NCBI GenBank assembly: GCA_964270895.1
Contig: OZ185435.1
DNA: 64,000 bases
Direction: 5' to 3' (one strand)
Source of the DNA: Podarcis filfolensis
Lineage: Eukaryota
The translations under genes and the position numbers were made by a program. The notes beneath the pieces were generated by a model, which searched no databases, was not told the DNA's origin, and worked only from the letters and a program-made list of their open reading frames with translations. Shown piece after piece: positions 14,101 through 38,105 of the stretch (positions are counted from its first letter, which is position 1; each line of letters opens with the position of its first letter).

Positions 14101-14734
14101 TTCCAACACTACAATTCTATGATTCCATGACTTTCACACCCTCTCCTTGCATGTGCCCTCCCCAAAACTGCTCAAGAGATTTGGGGAAACCATTAGAACA
14201 GATTTAGGGGGCATGTGGGAGTAGGATGGGATAAAACATTCAATTGCTCAAGCAGAAGTCCTTGCATTCACAGAACATTCACGTAGCACTACTTTGGATA
14301 CAACTCACAGTTCTAACATTGGGTGTCAATCCAATGTCTTATTTCCTCCCCATGCACTGGAGTATGTGGTGCAATATCACAAAGTGAGGTAGAAAGCCTG
14401 GTTCAGCGTTACTACTTGCTTAAGAAATACGTTTTATTGAATAAAAAAACATACTGTTCAAAAAATGCTCCATTTATAGTGAGAAAATTACCTTGATGTA
14501 CAGAACACAGAGAGAGAACTCCTGGAGGGTATTTTGGTTCTGAAGAGGGAAATCAGGTTTGAAGTAGTAATTTTGCTTACCTTGAGGTGTATTGCCTCTG
14601 CTGGGACTTGGCGTATTCTGTCGGATCTTCTTTCTGGAAGACTGTTCGGAGTTATCCAAGTTGTCCTGCTGATTATCTTCTGATTTACCTGATGTTCCTT
14701 CACTTGTATCTGGCCTGCCTTGGTCCTGGGACAT
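4983..14734 (-). CDS. TCP11L1: T-complex protein 11-like 1, complete spliced CDS, 506 aa: complement(join(4983..5194,6098..6270,6903..7084,7611..7798,8628..8764,10368..10588,12147..12267,13086..13218,14581..14734))
   Basis: Nine exons (154+133+121+221+137+188+182+173+212=1521 nt), all GT-AG with consistent phases. Peptides match recalled TCP11L1: [87 protein letters not shown]. Confidence 0.96.
6098..6270 (-). CDS. TCP11L1: TCP11L1 exon ([19 protein letters not shown]...VCKLI)
   Basis: 173 nt, read manually, AG/GT flanks. Confidence 0.93.
6903..7084 (-). CDS. TCP11L1: TCP11L1 exon ([16 protein letters not shown]...GLHLP)
   Basis: 182 nt, poly-T tract plus AG acceptor, GTGAGT donor. Confidence 0.95.
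7611..7798 (-). CDS. TCP11L1: TCP11L1 exon ([13 protein letters not shown]...KPFPE)
   Basis: 188 nt, AG/GT flanks. Confidence 0.95.
8628..8764 (-). CDS. TCP11L1: TCP11L1 exon ([16 protein letters not shown]...EKQP)
   Basis: 137 nt, read manually, AG/GT flanks. Confidence 0.95.
9311..9919. mobile_element. Tc2-like (Tc1/mariner) MITE, 609 bp, GC/CpG-rich with internal hairpins, in a TCP11L1 intron
   Basis: TA|CCGTATTTTTCGTCCCATAGGACGCAC ... GTGCGTCCTATAGGGCGAAAAATACGG|TA. Confidence 0.88.
10368..10588 (-). CDS. TCP11L1: TCP11L1 exon ([16 protein letters not shown]...IVPLFR)
   Basis: 221 nt, AG/GT flanks; overlaps ORF 10355..10582. Confidence 0.95.
11830..12070 (+). mobile_element. CR1 LINE reverse-transcriptase fragment (degenerate)
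   Basis: Encodes [12 protein letters not shown] at about 11882-11917, followed by frameshifted RT-like sequence. Confidence 0.75.
12147..12267 (-). CDS. TCP11L1: TCP11L1 exon ([40 protein letters not shown])
   Basis: 121 nt, AG/GT flanks; inside ORF 12120..12371. Confidence 0.95.
13086..13218 (-). CDS. TCP11L1: TCP11L1 exon ([37 protein letters not shown])
   Basis: 133 nt, AG/GT flanks, conserved peptide. Confidence 0.95.
14050..14130 (+). mobile_element. CR1 3'-end fragment
   Basis: gagattcctgcattgcag...gtcccttccaac...attctatgattccatga (CR1 terminal octamer-repeat tail). Confidence 0.7.
14581..14734 (-). CDS. TCP11L1: TCP11L1 first coding exon (MSQDQGRP...NTPQ); exon starts at 14740
   Basis: Acceptor aaaaAG|CTGAGAATG, donor CAAG|GTAAGC; position and phase fit the divergent N-terminus. 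Confidence 0.85.
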
Positions 14735-15022
14735 TCTCAGCTTTTTGGATTAAGAAGAAAGAAATTAAACCAATACACACACTCCCACTGAGGCCAAATT
14801 CTCTGCTAAATCCTGCATCTAATTCAGTTAGTCCAACTAGGATTCTACCTAAGAATTTTGAGGGGAAATTCTCTGAAATTGGGGGGGGGGAGAGAAATAT
14901 GTACTGTACAGAAGTTAGACCTATTTATTTAAAAACACTTGAATAAAATAACACTGTTTCAATATTGACAATGTTGCCTGGAGATGTTTGGGTAACAATC
15001 AACTAACAAGGATTATAGATAA

Positions 15023-15050
15023 TCATCATCATCATCATCATCATCATCAT
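15023..15050. repeat. (CAT)n microsatellite
   Basis: Direct reading. Confidence 0.85.
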
Positions 15051-18000
15051 AGCAGCAACTGTAATTTCAAATACAGAAAGATAGTAGCTCTGACATCATG
15101 CCATATTAAGAGCTGTGATATAGGCTAGAAAATAATCCCTTTCCCAAAGTACATGGTATTACCACCTTAATTAGTAACATAATTAATAGATATAATACCA
15201 GGCAAATAAGGCAGTTTTAAAGTTATAATTAACTTTTCTCAGGTGGCTATATTTGACGAAGCATAAATGTATATGCATATAAAATACATGCATGCGTGAC
15301 AAAATTATATGGGTCTGGTTAAAGTATGTTAACTGTTTTCAACACCTTCCTGGGTTTTTTCACCTTTTTAATTTTGTGAAATGTAACCATGTAAGGAAAT
15401 GTATGCTACTGAACAATCACAACAAAAATACTATTCAAGTAATGTTTTTTAATTAATTTGCATGTAACATTTAAACCATATTTGAACTACATTAAGTGTA
15501 CTTAATTTTTTCACCTTATCCCCAATAAAATATTTGACTTCAAATAGTTATGAGTATATTGGGGGGGGGGTGGACTTTGATCTGTTCATACAGTTTTGCT
15601 TACTAAATATAAGTCATACATGCTAAGGGAGTTCCCCATCAATTTAGGGCACCAGAAAACTTTCCCAGAAATGTTTCTAGAATATTTCTGGTTTTAACTT
15701 TTCATTTCAGAAAATGTTCTGTTTTCAGACTTTAGCAGTGGTTTTGTAAAAAACAAACAAAAAACAAACAAAAAACAAACTGGCCCCTATGATTACTGCT
15801 AGAACATTAATTCACCTAAAAGGCAATAAGTGATGAAACAAGAGACCTTTGCCATCCAATGATGTGAAGATGTGCAATTGCCACCACAGATCACACACAT
15901 CTACCAAACTAACATCATCTCAAACAGAACACAGACTATGGGAAGCAGTTCACACTTTCAGCATCAAGTCACTGAGCAATGAGACAAGTGATGCTGATGG
16001 ATATGAAGATCTGTCTTTCATCTCCCCAGGAAATGCTGATATGAATCAGATACTGCCTCTCATCGCTTAAGACTACAAAACAAAATCCATCCCTGTAAAG
16101 ACCATCTGGGATATGCAAAGCTGGCTGATTGCCTGGTTAGCTAGTCTAGAAGGGAAGCCTCTAAAGCAGCAAAATGGACAAAGGAAAGGAAGAACGAAGA
16201 AGAAATGCCTTACTATAATTTTTTTTAAAGAAGAATTGCTCAGAGGTAGCAAATGGGATTTGAGCAGTCTGGGTGGGGCGGGAAATCTGACCTCGAGTCT
16301 ATAATCCTATATAGGCATTCAGGATCATATTATAATTGTGTGAGGCTGGAAAACACATGCCTGCCCCTTAGATGCCATTACCCCAGCCTCTCCACAATGC
16401 CATTCGTGTTAGTGGAGTCACATCAGCATTCCAAATGCATGTAGGCTGCCCCATGAGATGGATCTCCAAGCGCTCAAGGTTCCAGTTCAAGGGGCCACCT
16501 GGAAGGGTGTCACCACCCCCCGGGAGCACCCTGCAAAACAGTGCAGGCAGGGTGACTGATCATAGTCCCACTCCCCAGCCTCATGTGATCATAGGCACAT
16601 GATCCTGGGGGCATGCACTAGATGATGGTAGCCTCTTTGCCATATAAATGAATTGTCACATAAATGAATTGTCACACTTACTTCTCACTTAATGTCCTTG
16701 GACCAAGCCTTCAGGGTGTAAGAAAGGGGCAGAGAGCCAGCGAAGCAGTGGGGCGAGACTACAGCTTCAAGTTCTGCAAAGCCAAACAGAAACAAGAGGT
16801 CTGTAAGAAAGCCATCACAACAGAGTTAGGTTCCACAGCAGCAAATACAAAAAAACGCCAGTAACAAAGGGCAGATTTGCAAATAAGCACAGGAATCTGG
16901 CGTCCCAAACCTCCCAAATCTCTTACATGGAAGGAGGCCCTACTTGTTTAGATACAATTTATACATAAATAGGCTTGTGACTGATCACAGGAATTTAAAG
17001 GCAGACTGTCACAGCAGTATCCTTCCCATATGACATTTTCCTGTAGTCACACTGCTATTTTCATTATACTGTACTGTGTGCACACAAAAAATCCTATTTT
17101 GTATTCACAATGCCTCTTTCGAACTCACTAGCATCATTTGAAAAGCATTTAGAATCCACTGGGCATTCTGTCAAGTTTTCTTCAACACAACTGACACTGA
17201 GTTATTTAACATTCAGAAATATATCTCATAATAACACATAATATTATATCAAACATTAAAATGCTTCCCTATATAGGGCTGCCTTCAGATGTCTTCTAAA
17301 AGTTGAGTGGTTACTTATCTCTTTGACATTCTGATGCAAAGGAAAGTTAGAATTTTCTCAGGATTCATCTTCTTGAGTTTTGACACAAACACAAAAGTTT
17401 CCCAAACCCAGAAGACCCAAAGTATGTATGACTGATATAATCCAGGTTCGACACCTGTTTGTATATTTAATGTATTATTCACATTCTAGACAAAACTTCT
17501 AAAATAAATAGAAACATTAGAGCAGACAGAGTTTATCCATATTTTCGATGAAGGCAGAATTGTGTTTGGACTTCTACCAGTGCTGTCTTCAGTTTTTCGA
17601 AGTAAGTGTTGGTTAATAGCTTATGGATTAAGCAAAGAGCTTCAACAAATAGAACAAAACAAGACACTTTGCTAGATTATAGTGTACCATGTTGCTATTT
17701 TGTTTCTCACCCCAGCTTTGGAAACAGATGACTGTATAGGAAATGAGGGATTTAAGTAACCGGTTTTCCACTCTAATAATTAAAACTAAACATCCCTAAC
17801 TATACCCATGATTTACACATATTTACGGTTTGCACTAAGCTCCCTGGTGTCATATGTAGTTTGAATGGCTCGGCTGTCCATAAATTGCCAAATTAAAAAG
17901 GAAGCAATCTACAATGCACTGGATTCTTCTGAGCACATTCAACAGCAGAACTATGCCTGTGTGACCAACTCCAGCCAAGTAGTTCTACAGCCTCTGACAT

Positions 18001-20399
18001 CATGGAGTCTTTTAGCATGCTCGTGTAAGTGAAAAAGAATCCAAAATAGCAACATCCCCATCAAGAAGGCTGATTTCTCAGACACTGAGACAAACTAGAT
18101 ATGAAAATGGCAGATCCAACATGGATCCTGCCAGCTCCATATGAAGTGGTGGAGTGGCAACTGAATGGAAACAGGGATATTTGGGTTGGGAAAACTAACT
18201 CCCCCTCCCAGTAAAACTGCTGTACATCTGCTGCTTTTCTCCAGCATGATTTATTTTGGTTCAGAGTCTCACTGAGAGGAAAACAATAATGGCAGTTCAT
18301 TGGACAAAAAAGGATGGGGAGAGTCACATTTACCATCCCTCTGACCACTTTTACATATGGGTTCTATGACAGTAAAGATTTGGGTAACCGAGACGGTAAA
18401 ACCTGTTTGGGTTCTACCACCTCAGACTACAGACTATATGACTGAATCCTTTTCCTTACACACACACAAAATATTCCCTTCACTAAATGTCAGGAAGATG
18501 AGTTCTAGCTGAGGTTTATTCCTAACTTGCTTGCCTTTATCATGTGAAATATGCTACTTCTACTGACACGTCCATCATTTTCCTTTCCCATTCAGTTCTT
18601 ATCTCAACACTTACTTCCTTTTAATCCTGTTATCATTTCCCCATATGATTCTCCCCCCTTGTAATCATCACTTTCCCAGATTCTTTACTTTCTTCAGAAA
18701 TTCTTTGGTACTCCCTTTCCCCATCATTCTTAGACCCACCTCATTTTTTTCACTCAATCTTTTCTTTTCTATTTTAGCATTTCCAACTTCACTTTGGTTT
18801 TGTGTGTTTTCCTCCTTTTAATGCAGTAGCCTTTGTGCTGTAATGTCCCTTAAAGGTTTATGAACTGCTTGCCAGCACAGGTGAGAAGTATTTAATCAGC
18901 CAAGTGGTTGAGTCTGCCTCTAGAAGTATGTGTTTCCACCTGCTTGTGTTTAGACTAATGAATAAACCTGATGGATGTGTGGCAGGCTTGCACATCCTTG
19001 AGTTTATTTCACAGAACTTTTGAGAAGCAACCACCATAGCCTTCCCTAGAAGCCACAGGGGTTAATTTGAGACAGGACTTCACAGCTTCAGAACCTTGGG
19101 CAGTGTGATGCTCATACTAAAAATATGCTAATCATTATAATGACTTATTCCATAACCTATGAGCCTATGCAACCAGCAGACATGCATTGAGAAATGACAT
19201 CCATGTCAAAAGGTTATAATTTCCAGCTAGGTTTGCACCCTGCCACCTCCCAATTAAGAGGTGTCTGAACAGAAGGCAGCCAAGGAAAATGAGAGAAACA
19301 GAGCAATACAGATCAACGAGACAGAATTCCTCTTTGATGTCTTCCAAACTTTGCAGCCAAGTTTTAACAGCACTGTTTACAGCAGGGGTGGAGAACACTG
19401 TTTCCCAAGAAAATGCCCCACCACCACCACACAGAAAAAAATGGCACAGTGCTGATTTAAATCAATGAAGTTCAAACCAGGTGGCTTTACAGGCATAAAA
19501 AGAAAAACTGAGGCTTCCTCCCCACTCACTTTTTCTACCGTCCTGCACACATCACTATATGAATGCAGACAAGTGCTTGGAAATAAAGCAGCAAAATTTT
19601 AAAGTTTTGTATAGTCCCCATTATCAAAACGTTTCCTTAGCACACATCAAAACAAGTTATTATAGTGTTAGAGCATGACTTGTCCTAAAGCATATACATA
19701 AAATGCATATATATTATCTTGTTTGGATTTTATTTACACCACAGCATGACTATGCAGTTTCCTAAAAGTCTGCATGAAACTCTAAAAAGATGACTACCCA
19801 GACAAGCATGTAATGTTGAGGTTAAGAACTAGAAAAACAGGGATGTGAGTGAAGTGCCAGCTATTTCAGTTAAACTATATATTTCCCAATGTGACACATA
19901 AAAAATTATCAGTGGGCACAGACAAAGCTTTGAATAACTCAGAGAATAAAAATAAGGGATATCAGAGAACTGGTGTATTTCTTTCTGGGGAGCTGCAGAG
20001 TTATGAAATAAAATATATCCATTATATTCCAAAACAAGGAAAATCTTCAGATATAGGATTAGAACAATAATATCCATTTAGCAAATGAAAGACTGTTGCT
20101 GCAATCCTGTATGGGGGGACACCTCGGTCCCAGGGGGCAAATGTCATCCTCCAAGCATCTCTATCTGGCCCTTGGGACGCTCACCACACCACATCCCCTC
20201 CCCAGGGGACCCCCATCACTGGCCCTGTTCCATACCCTTCTTTCCTGGCCAGAACACATCCTTGAATTCTCCACCCTGCCTGGCTGGGAGAATAGAGAGA
20301 CAGAGGTTTATGAATGTGTGTAGCTGACTATACAAAGGTAAAACTGAACAGTTGTTGCTCTTGCCACTTTGTCCTCTGGCCCTGCCCACCACTTACATG

Positions 20400-22050
20400 C
20401 GGCCCCTGGTAGGCAGTGGCAGAGGAAGGGGGTGCGGGGGCTGCAGTCGCCCTGGGTGTCATGGGGGGGTTGACAAAATGAGTTTGAGGGAAAGGCAGAG
20501 GAGAGGCTCGCCCCGCCCCCCCCCCGCCCCCGAGCTGCTAGCTATGCCGCTGCTGGGAGGCTGCCCAGAAGGGAAGGCAGGCCTTGATAATGCAGGCATG
20601 CCTACCTAGCAGTAAAGTCCCACTGTGCTAGTGGAGCTCATTTCCGGACAGGCGCGCATCGGGAACTGACTGGAAATCGGCTGATTTTGACAGCCCTTCA
20701 AAACAAACTCATGCTTTACGGATGTTAACCCTTGACGAATGCTTCAGGCAGGGCAGACACGGTGGAATTTCCCCGCTCTCTCCATGCATCCTGATAAGCA
20801 ATGCGATCCCTTCCGATTTAATCTGGATTAATGGCCCACACAGGACGACAAGGGTTGTGCTCTCTCCCGCATCCCCGTCGCGACCCCGGCCCGGGACCCC
20901 GATGCAGCCGAATAACAAGCAGCGCCGGTTCTGCTGCAGCGCCCGCAGGTGCAGGGACAGGGGCAGAGTTTGCGGCTCTCTGGGGCACCAAAATCCGACC
21001 CCACCACCCCCCAGCCCTGGTGCAGACAGGGATGGCAAGGGGTGGCGAGGGGGCAACCGGGCTGCAGGGGGAAGAAGACGTCCCGCCCACCATCCCGCAG
21101 CCCCGCTTACCGGAGAGGGAGGCTTCGAGCGTAGGAAGACAGCAACTTTTTTGCACCCGGTCTCCGGAAAGCGAGTCCGGGCGGCGGGGGGGGGGGGCGG
21201 GAAAGGGCGCGGCCCTTCAACGCCAGCGCCACTAGCGGGAACTCCTCGCAATCCCCGTCGTCGTCGTCGTCCTCTTCCTCCTCCTCCTCACAGGCAGCCC
21301 AGAGCCTGCAGAGGGCAGGGGGAAGCTGGCGGCTCCTCACAGGGCGCCGCCATGTCTGCGCTCTCCCTCGCTCAAGCGGCAGCGCCTCAAAGCAAAGCGC
21401 GAGGAGTCCTAATGGGCAGCTGCGGGAGGAGGGAGGGAGGAGCGCGCGCGTGCCGGCGATAACAATACGCAAGATAGCTGTCAATCAAGAGACGAGGTTG
21501 TTGGCGGAAGGCGTGAGGGGCGAAAGGCTCTTCCCTCCCCCGCCCCCGGGCCTTTTTTTCTGTTGCAGAACTACCGCTGCTGCATCCAGGCTTTTCCCAC
21601 TGTACGTGTGCATGGAGGGAGGGGAGCGCCGTGCCACACAAAAGCCCCACCACCACACGCACACATACAGAGGCAGGACTGAGTACTATTATGACGGCTT
21701 TTATTTTAAACCGCCGATAAACCTCGAAACAATGAACTGACAGCCTAACGCCATACCGACTGATTGGCATGGGGCGTGCTGGAAACGCCTCCCTGCAAAC
21801 ATGTTTTTAAAGCATGCACGCTGTTCAAGAGGCAGCCTTTGTTTGGCTCTCTCGCACAGCCGTCCTGCAAAATAGGTTGCTGGTCAATGTCCGAAAGGGA
21901 TCAGTCGCGCCAGCTCGTCAGGTGCATTGCAGCCCCAGGCATGTTTACTTGGGAATGCCGTCCTGCTGTGTTAAGTGAGGTTCACTCCCCAAGATCCCTA
22001 GGCTACATGGCTTCGGGGGTGGGACGAAGAGAAAAGAATGGCGTATGCAC
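20400..22050. promoter_or_regulatory. CpG island / TCP11L1 promoter region
   Basis: Dense CpG and GC-rich tract in an otherwise CpG-depleted window; YY1-like ACATGGCGGC on the minus strand at about 21346-21355; boundaries approximate. Confidence 0.75.
21111..21400 (-). other. TCP11L1: Probable first (5' leader) exon of TCP11L1; 5' end approximate
   Basis: Lies in a CpG island and ends at a strong donor CCG|GTAAGC (GT at 21110-21109). As recalled, the mammalian gene has a non-coding first exon. No transcript evidence available. Confidence 0.6.
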
Positions 22051-23084
22051 CCCACTCACAGAATGGTGAGAGATTTCAAGGGTGTCCGCACCTATCTCGT
22101 GTTTGGTTTCTTTAAAATAAAATTAAGGTCACCTGAGATTCTGGCGTCGTTACGATAAACGGTTTTATTTACAGGCTGGCGCTGAACATCATTTGGACTC
22201 TCAGCATCAGAGCGCCAAATAAAACTGCTCATTAGGTTTCAGGGGGGCGGTGGCTTCACAATGCCTTAGTATTGGATTCTCCCAGAGCGCAGAATCGGGC
22301 CTCTGGGTACTTGCAGCAGCAGGTGTGGGGTGTATGGGGAGCTGAGCTCCGGTGTCTAAATGATGCCTCCTTAATAAAGAGGGTAGTTGATCGCCCTGCC
22401 AGTGCTATCAGTTACCTCAGGAAGTTATGCTGCTTCCATTAACCCTCTCCTGACTAAACTAGTCTTACAATCAATAATTAAAGCTATGAAGGAGCCCTTT
22501 AGATGACATCATTCTAGACTAACCAAAACAAATATGCAACAACAAAAGCAGATACAACAAAATGCTATGTAAAAACAATAGAAGTCAACAAAAGCAACAT
22601 ACAATGCACTCAGTAAAAATAGGAAAATAGAAAAGAAGAGGGGGCCTTCCTGAAAGATAGCCTATAACTACCAATAATAATAATAAGCTATACAACAGCA
22701 ATTACCGGTAAATAGCTGGGCAAATAAATGATTTGGAGAGATATACATTGTGTCACCACAGAGAAAGTTTATTCCCTAGTCACCACCTACCTTACCTCCG
22801 ATTGAAAACAGTGAATGCTGAGTGGGAAGCAAAACAGAACAAATGTGAATAAATTCACATTGTAAGAATAAATCTACATTGTTCTGCAGAGGCAACCGAC
22901 AGGTATCATATCACCTTATGTTTATTCTTGGAATAACGTAACTGGGGGGGAGTAGGGAAATTATATTATTCCCTCTATAAAATGTTTACTTCCAAAATCA
23001 CAGGTCTGTTGCTGTCATTTTGTTGGAAGGATCCTGAACGTGTTTAGGAGACATGTGAAATGCATAGGAATCCTTAATCCTCAA

Positions 23085-23222
23085 TATCACTTCTATTTTT
23101 ATAGAAAAAGAGGTGTTGGAACTCACCATGAACACCTCCCTTGTTCTCTTATAATGGCAATGGCTCCCACCTGAGAGATACCGGAACTGATTTCTGGCAA
23201 TTTCTGGCTGAAAAAAGCCCTG
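23085..23222. mobile_element. hAT-type MITE fragment
   Basis: Ends ...ggctgaaaaaagccctg; resembles a common squamate short hAT family (recalled, not searched). Confidence 0.45.
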
Positions 23223-25164
23223 CTTATGTATTTCATCTAGGTAGGAGGGTTAACATTATAAACCTTCATCAGATTCAAGTGCCTTATTTCTGTTCACTTA
23301 TAATCCCTGCAGATCTGTGACTGATGGCTCACTTCTACTTGGACAATTCCCTACAGCTCAGAATTGGTTGGCATCCAGAACAGAACATTAGTCCAGGGGG
23401 AAACAATGAAAGCTTAGACAAAACAAATAAGATATCTTCAGAAAGTGATAGTACCTGTAAAATCAGTTTATTCTGTGCTTACCTCTGAAAAAAACTAAGG
23501 AACAGCAAATAAACCATTAAAAACATCGCCTGAAAAGGGACACATCCACAATTTTACTGTTTATATAAAGAGAGATCAATTAAATCCCAGGAGGAAACAA
23601 GTCAGGAAACTGGGGTGGGGGGTGGGGGAGGAAGAGAGATAAATGTAGCTTCAGTACTACAGTACTTGCAAAGCATTATAATCGGCCATTTGAGCAAAAG
23701 GCAAAAATGCAAGCCAAAGCTGAAAATGATACCATCAGGCGAGAAACCAGCCATGGAAAAAAGCAGTCAGTGAAGCAGAAGACAGCACCTAGCAATAGAA
23801 ACTGGATCCAGATTAGTCCAACCCAACACACCTAACTTCAGCCACTATACATATGAACTATACACATGAAGGCCAATGGTTAAGCATATGCCTTATTTGG
23901 AACCATTTCCAAACAGGAAAACTTTTTAAGATACAGGCAGCAGCTTTTACTTTATTATCAGCAGAAATGCATTAAAAGCAGTCTACCCCCATTTATTTTT
24001 GGTTCCTCTTTGCACTATTTATGTTCCCATGCGCAGAAAATTAGCAAGTAACTAAGCCTAGAATGCCAAGTAGTATGATAGGGCCTATACTTCAAAGCCT
24101 ATCTACTGGCACAGATAAATCCAATATGCCACATGATGGTGGGAATAACACAATTAAAGGAGTGAGAAATATTAAAGCGGAGCTTTGCATTTCTTTCTTC
24201 CTTTCTTTTTTTGGCTGCATATTATGGAGCCAATTGCAACAGTAAATAAAAATGGGTTCAATGGTGGTAGTCTCCTGAGGAGCGAACCTTTATGCTGGAA
24301 AGTTTTGCTCACCCTTGGCCAGTTTATTAGCTTCAGGTCCCTATTGTTCAACAGAATGGAAAACATCTACCAACGAGCATTCTTTGCACTGATACAATTC
24401 TTGTCGTGTCCATGTAAGGGCAGAAGTGGTGGTATGGCAGTAATGATGATTTACAACTGCCCTCTAAATCCAAGAAGGTTCACAGAAACCTCCATTAGGT
24501 TTCTACTACAGATTTATGTAGATGTTCCATGGACCAAGACAGTGTTTTGTTTTTTTAAAAAAATACTGTAGATTCCAGATCACCATCAGCTGCAATTTTA
24601 GATCTATCAGCAGAGAAGGCAGTAACAGTGACTTCATGCATATCCCAAACTCTCTTGGCATCCAAGTACAAGGGTAATTTACACAACCCTGGAGTATATG
24701 ATTCAGCCCTTATTTTCCAAGCAGGTACTTAATCCCTCTGGATTGTGTTGTGCCACTGACAAAGCAGTCACTGGGACTCACTGCCCTGGGCATAAGCGAC
24801 ATTTCAGCAGGCCACTATCAAATACAATTAAGCTGAGGTGTTCGCAAGGATCATATGAACTGGCCTGTATATAAGACATGTCCTACAAAAACAAACATGC
24901 TTTTTCTAACAAGCCCTATTATTTTTTACGTTTACTCTGAACCCCACTGAATTCAATGGAGTTTATGCCCGAGTGGGACCAACGGAAGATTGCTGCTGCT
25001 CACCTTTGTGGAGGATTATTTGTTCTTCAGAGTTCAATAAACATGAACATAAGATTAGACACAATCACAGGTATTTACATAATTGGCAAGTGACTGCCAT
25101 GCACTGTTAATTCAAGACCAACTTGGCCTAAAAATATCCTTTTGAATTATATACATACAATACA

Positions 25165-25347
25165 TGGAACCTAACAAAGGAACAATATGAATTGACTCTC
25201 CACACCCTTACTATAGCAAGAAGACTGGTATTGAAGAACTGGAAAAATAAAAATGCAACTCCCTTCAACAAATGGATTGAAGGTATTTATAAACTCACAA
25301 CACATGAACAAGTCACATACAAATGTAGACTTGTCATGGACAAATAA
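25165..25347 (+). mobile_element. L1/Tx1-type LINE ORF2 C-terminal fragment
   Basis: Reads LTIARRLVLKNWKNKNATPFNKWIEGIYKLTTHEQVTY, resembling the AR..I.K.WK...P....W...E...Y pattern of L1 ORF2 C-termini. Confidence 0.55.
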
Positions 25348-25651
25348 CAATCTTGCTATATATATATATATCCAACAGCCTTGTGTTACACAGAGAAACC
25401 ATGTGGTTGTTATAGTCCAGTGGCAATGAGATCTGACAATCTGGAGCAAAAATTATATTCACCAAATAAAGTCTAGTTTTCAGGAGCTTCCAATAGTGTT
25501 TGAACAAAGCTAAAAACTCATACACTGGCCCAAACTTCCCTCACCACCCCATTTTTTTTAAAATCAAGAATCTGAACAATTAAGATTTAAATAGAAGCTT
25601 TAATTATTTTTAAATAATGTTATTACATGGGGACTCTATCACAAAACCACT

Positions 25652-25657
25652 TTTATT
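25652..25657 (-). terminator. Candidate DEPDC7 polyadenylation signal AATAAA
   Basis: tttatt on the + strand about 80 nt downstream of the stop codon. Confidence 0.5.
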
Positions 25658-25736
25658 TAAGTACAATACAAAAAAATTAAAAAGATACAAAATAAGTGCT
25701 TTCAAAAGTTATTAGTATCCCAATATCCTTCTAGAG

Positions 25737-37637
<11,901 letters not shown>

Positions 37638-37976
37638 AGCGCCGGCCGGTTTCTGCCTCGGCGTCCCCGGGAATGAGCGCAGCAGCCCGGCCACCTGGCG
37701 GAGGGGAAATAGGCGGCGCTCGCACGCAGGCGCTGCTCCCATTGGCTCGCGTTGGCGGCGGGGGCGGAGCCCGCCCTCTACTTTAATAAGCCGAAATGCA
37801 ACCGCGGGGCGTTTTGGCCGCCGCGGCGAAGACAACGGTGCACCGCTCACCAGAGCTGCCTAAAGCGGGTTGCTGTGCTCATGGGGTGCGTTGCAGAGGA
37901 CGCTCCCCCCCACACGAAGGCTCCCGTTTCTCCCTGTAGCTCTAGTGAGAAACCAAGAGTGAGCCACCTTCTTTAT

Positions 37977-38105
37977 CAGGCTTCCTCAACCTCGCCCCTC
38001 CAGATGTTTTGAGACTACAATTCCCATCATCCCTGACCACGGGTCCTAGGGATCATGGGAGTTGTAGGCCAAAAACATCTGGAGGGCTGAGGTTGAGGAA
38101 GCCTG
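37977..38105. mobile_element. Palindromic hAT MITE, 129 bp, just upstream of the DEPDC7 promoter
   Basis: CAGGCTTCCTCAACCTC...GAGGTTGAGGAAGCCTG inverted ends; 8-bp flanks ttctttat/ttctatat (7/8). Confidence 0.85.

Noticed and set aside
20709-22069. Long ORFs on both strands of the TCP11L1 CpG island, including a possible divergent + strand gene
   Set aside because: Low-complexity GC-rich frames with no recognisable homology; the only plausible + strand splice pair implies a 56-nt intron, too short for a typical vertebrate intron.
24063-24571. 128-aa + strand ORF and neighbours between DEPDC7 and TCP11L1
   Set aside because: No recognisable protein family and no coherent exon chain could be built.
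37638-37850. In-frame upstream extension of DEPDC7 (ORF 37482..37850; ATG at 37742)
   Set aside because: That ATG lies inside the CCAAT box, probably upstream of the TSS, and the recalled orthologue starts at MA(S/T)V(K/Q)EKAAALNL.
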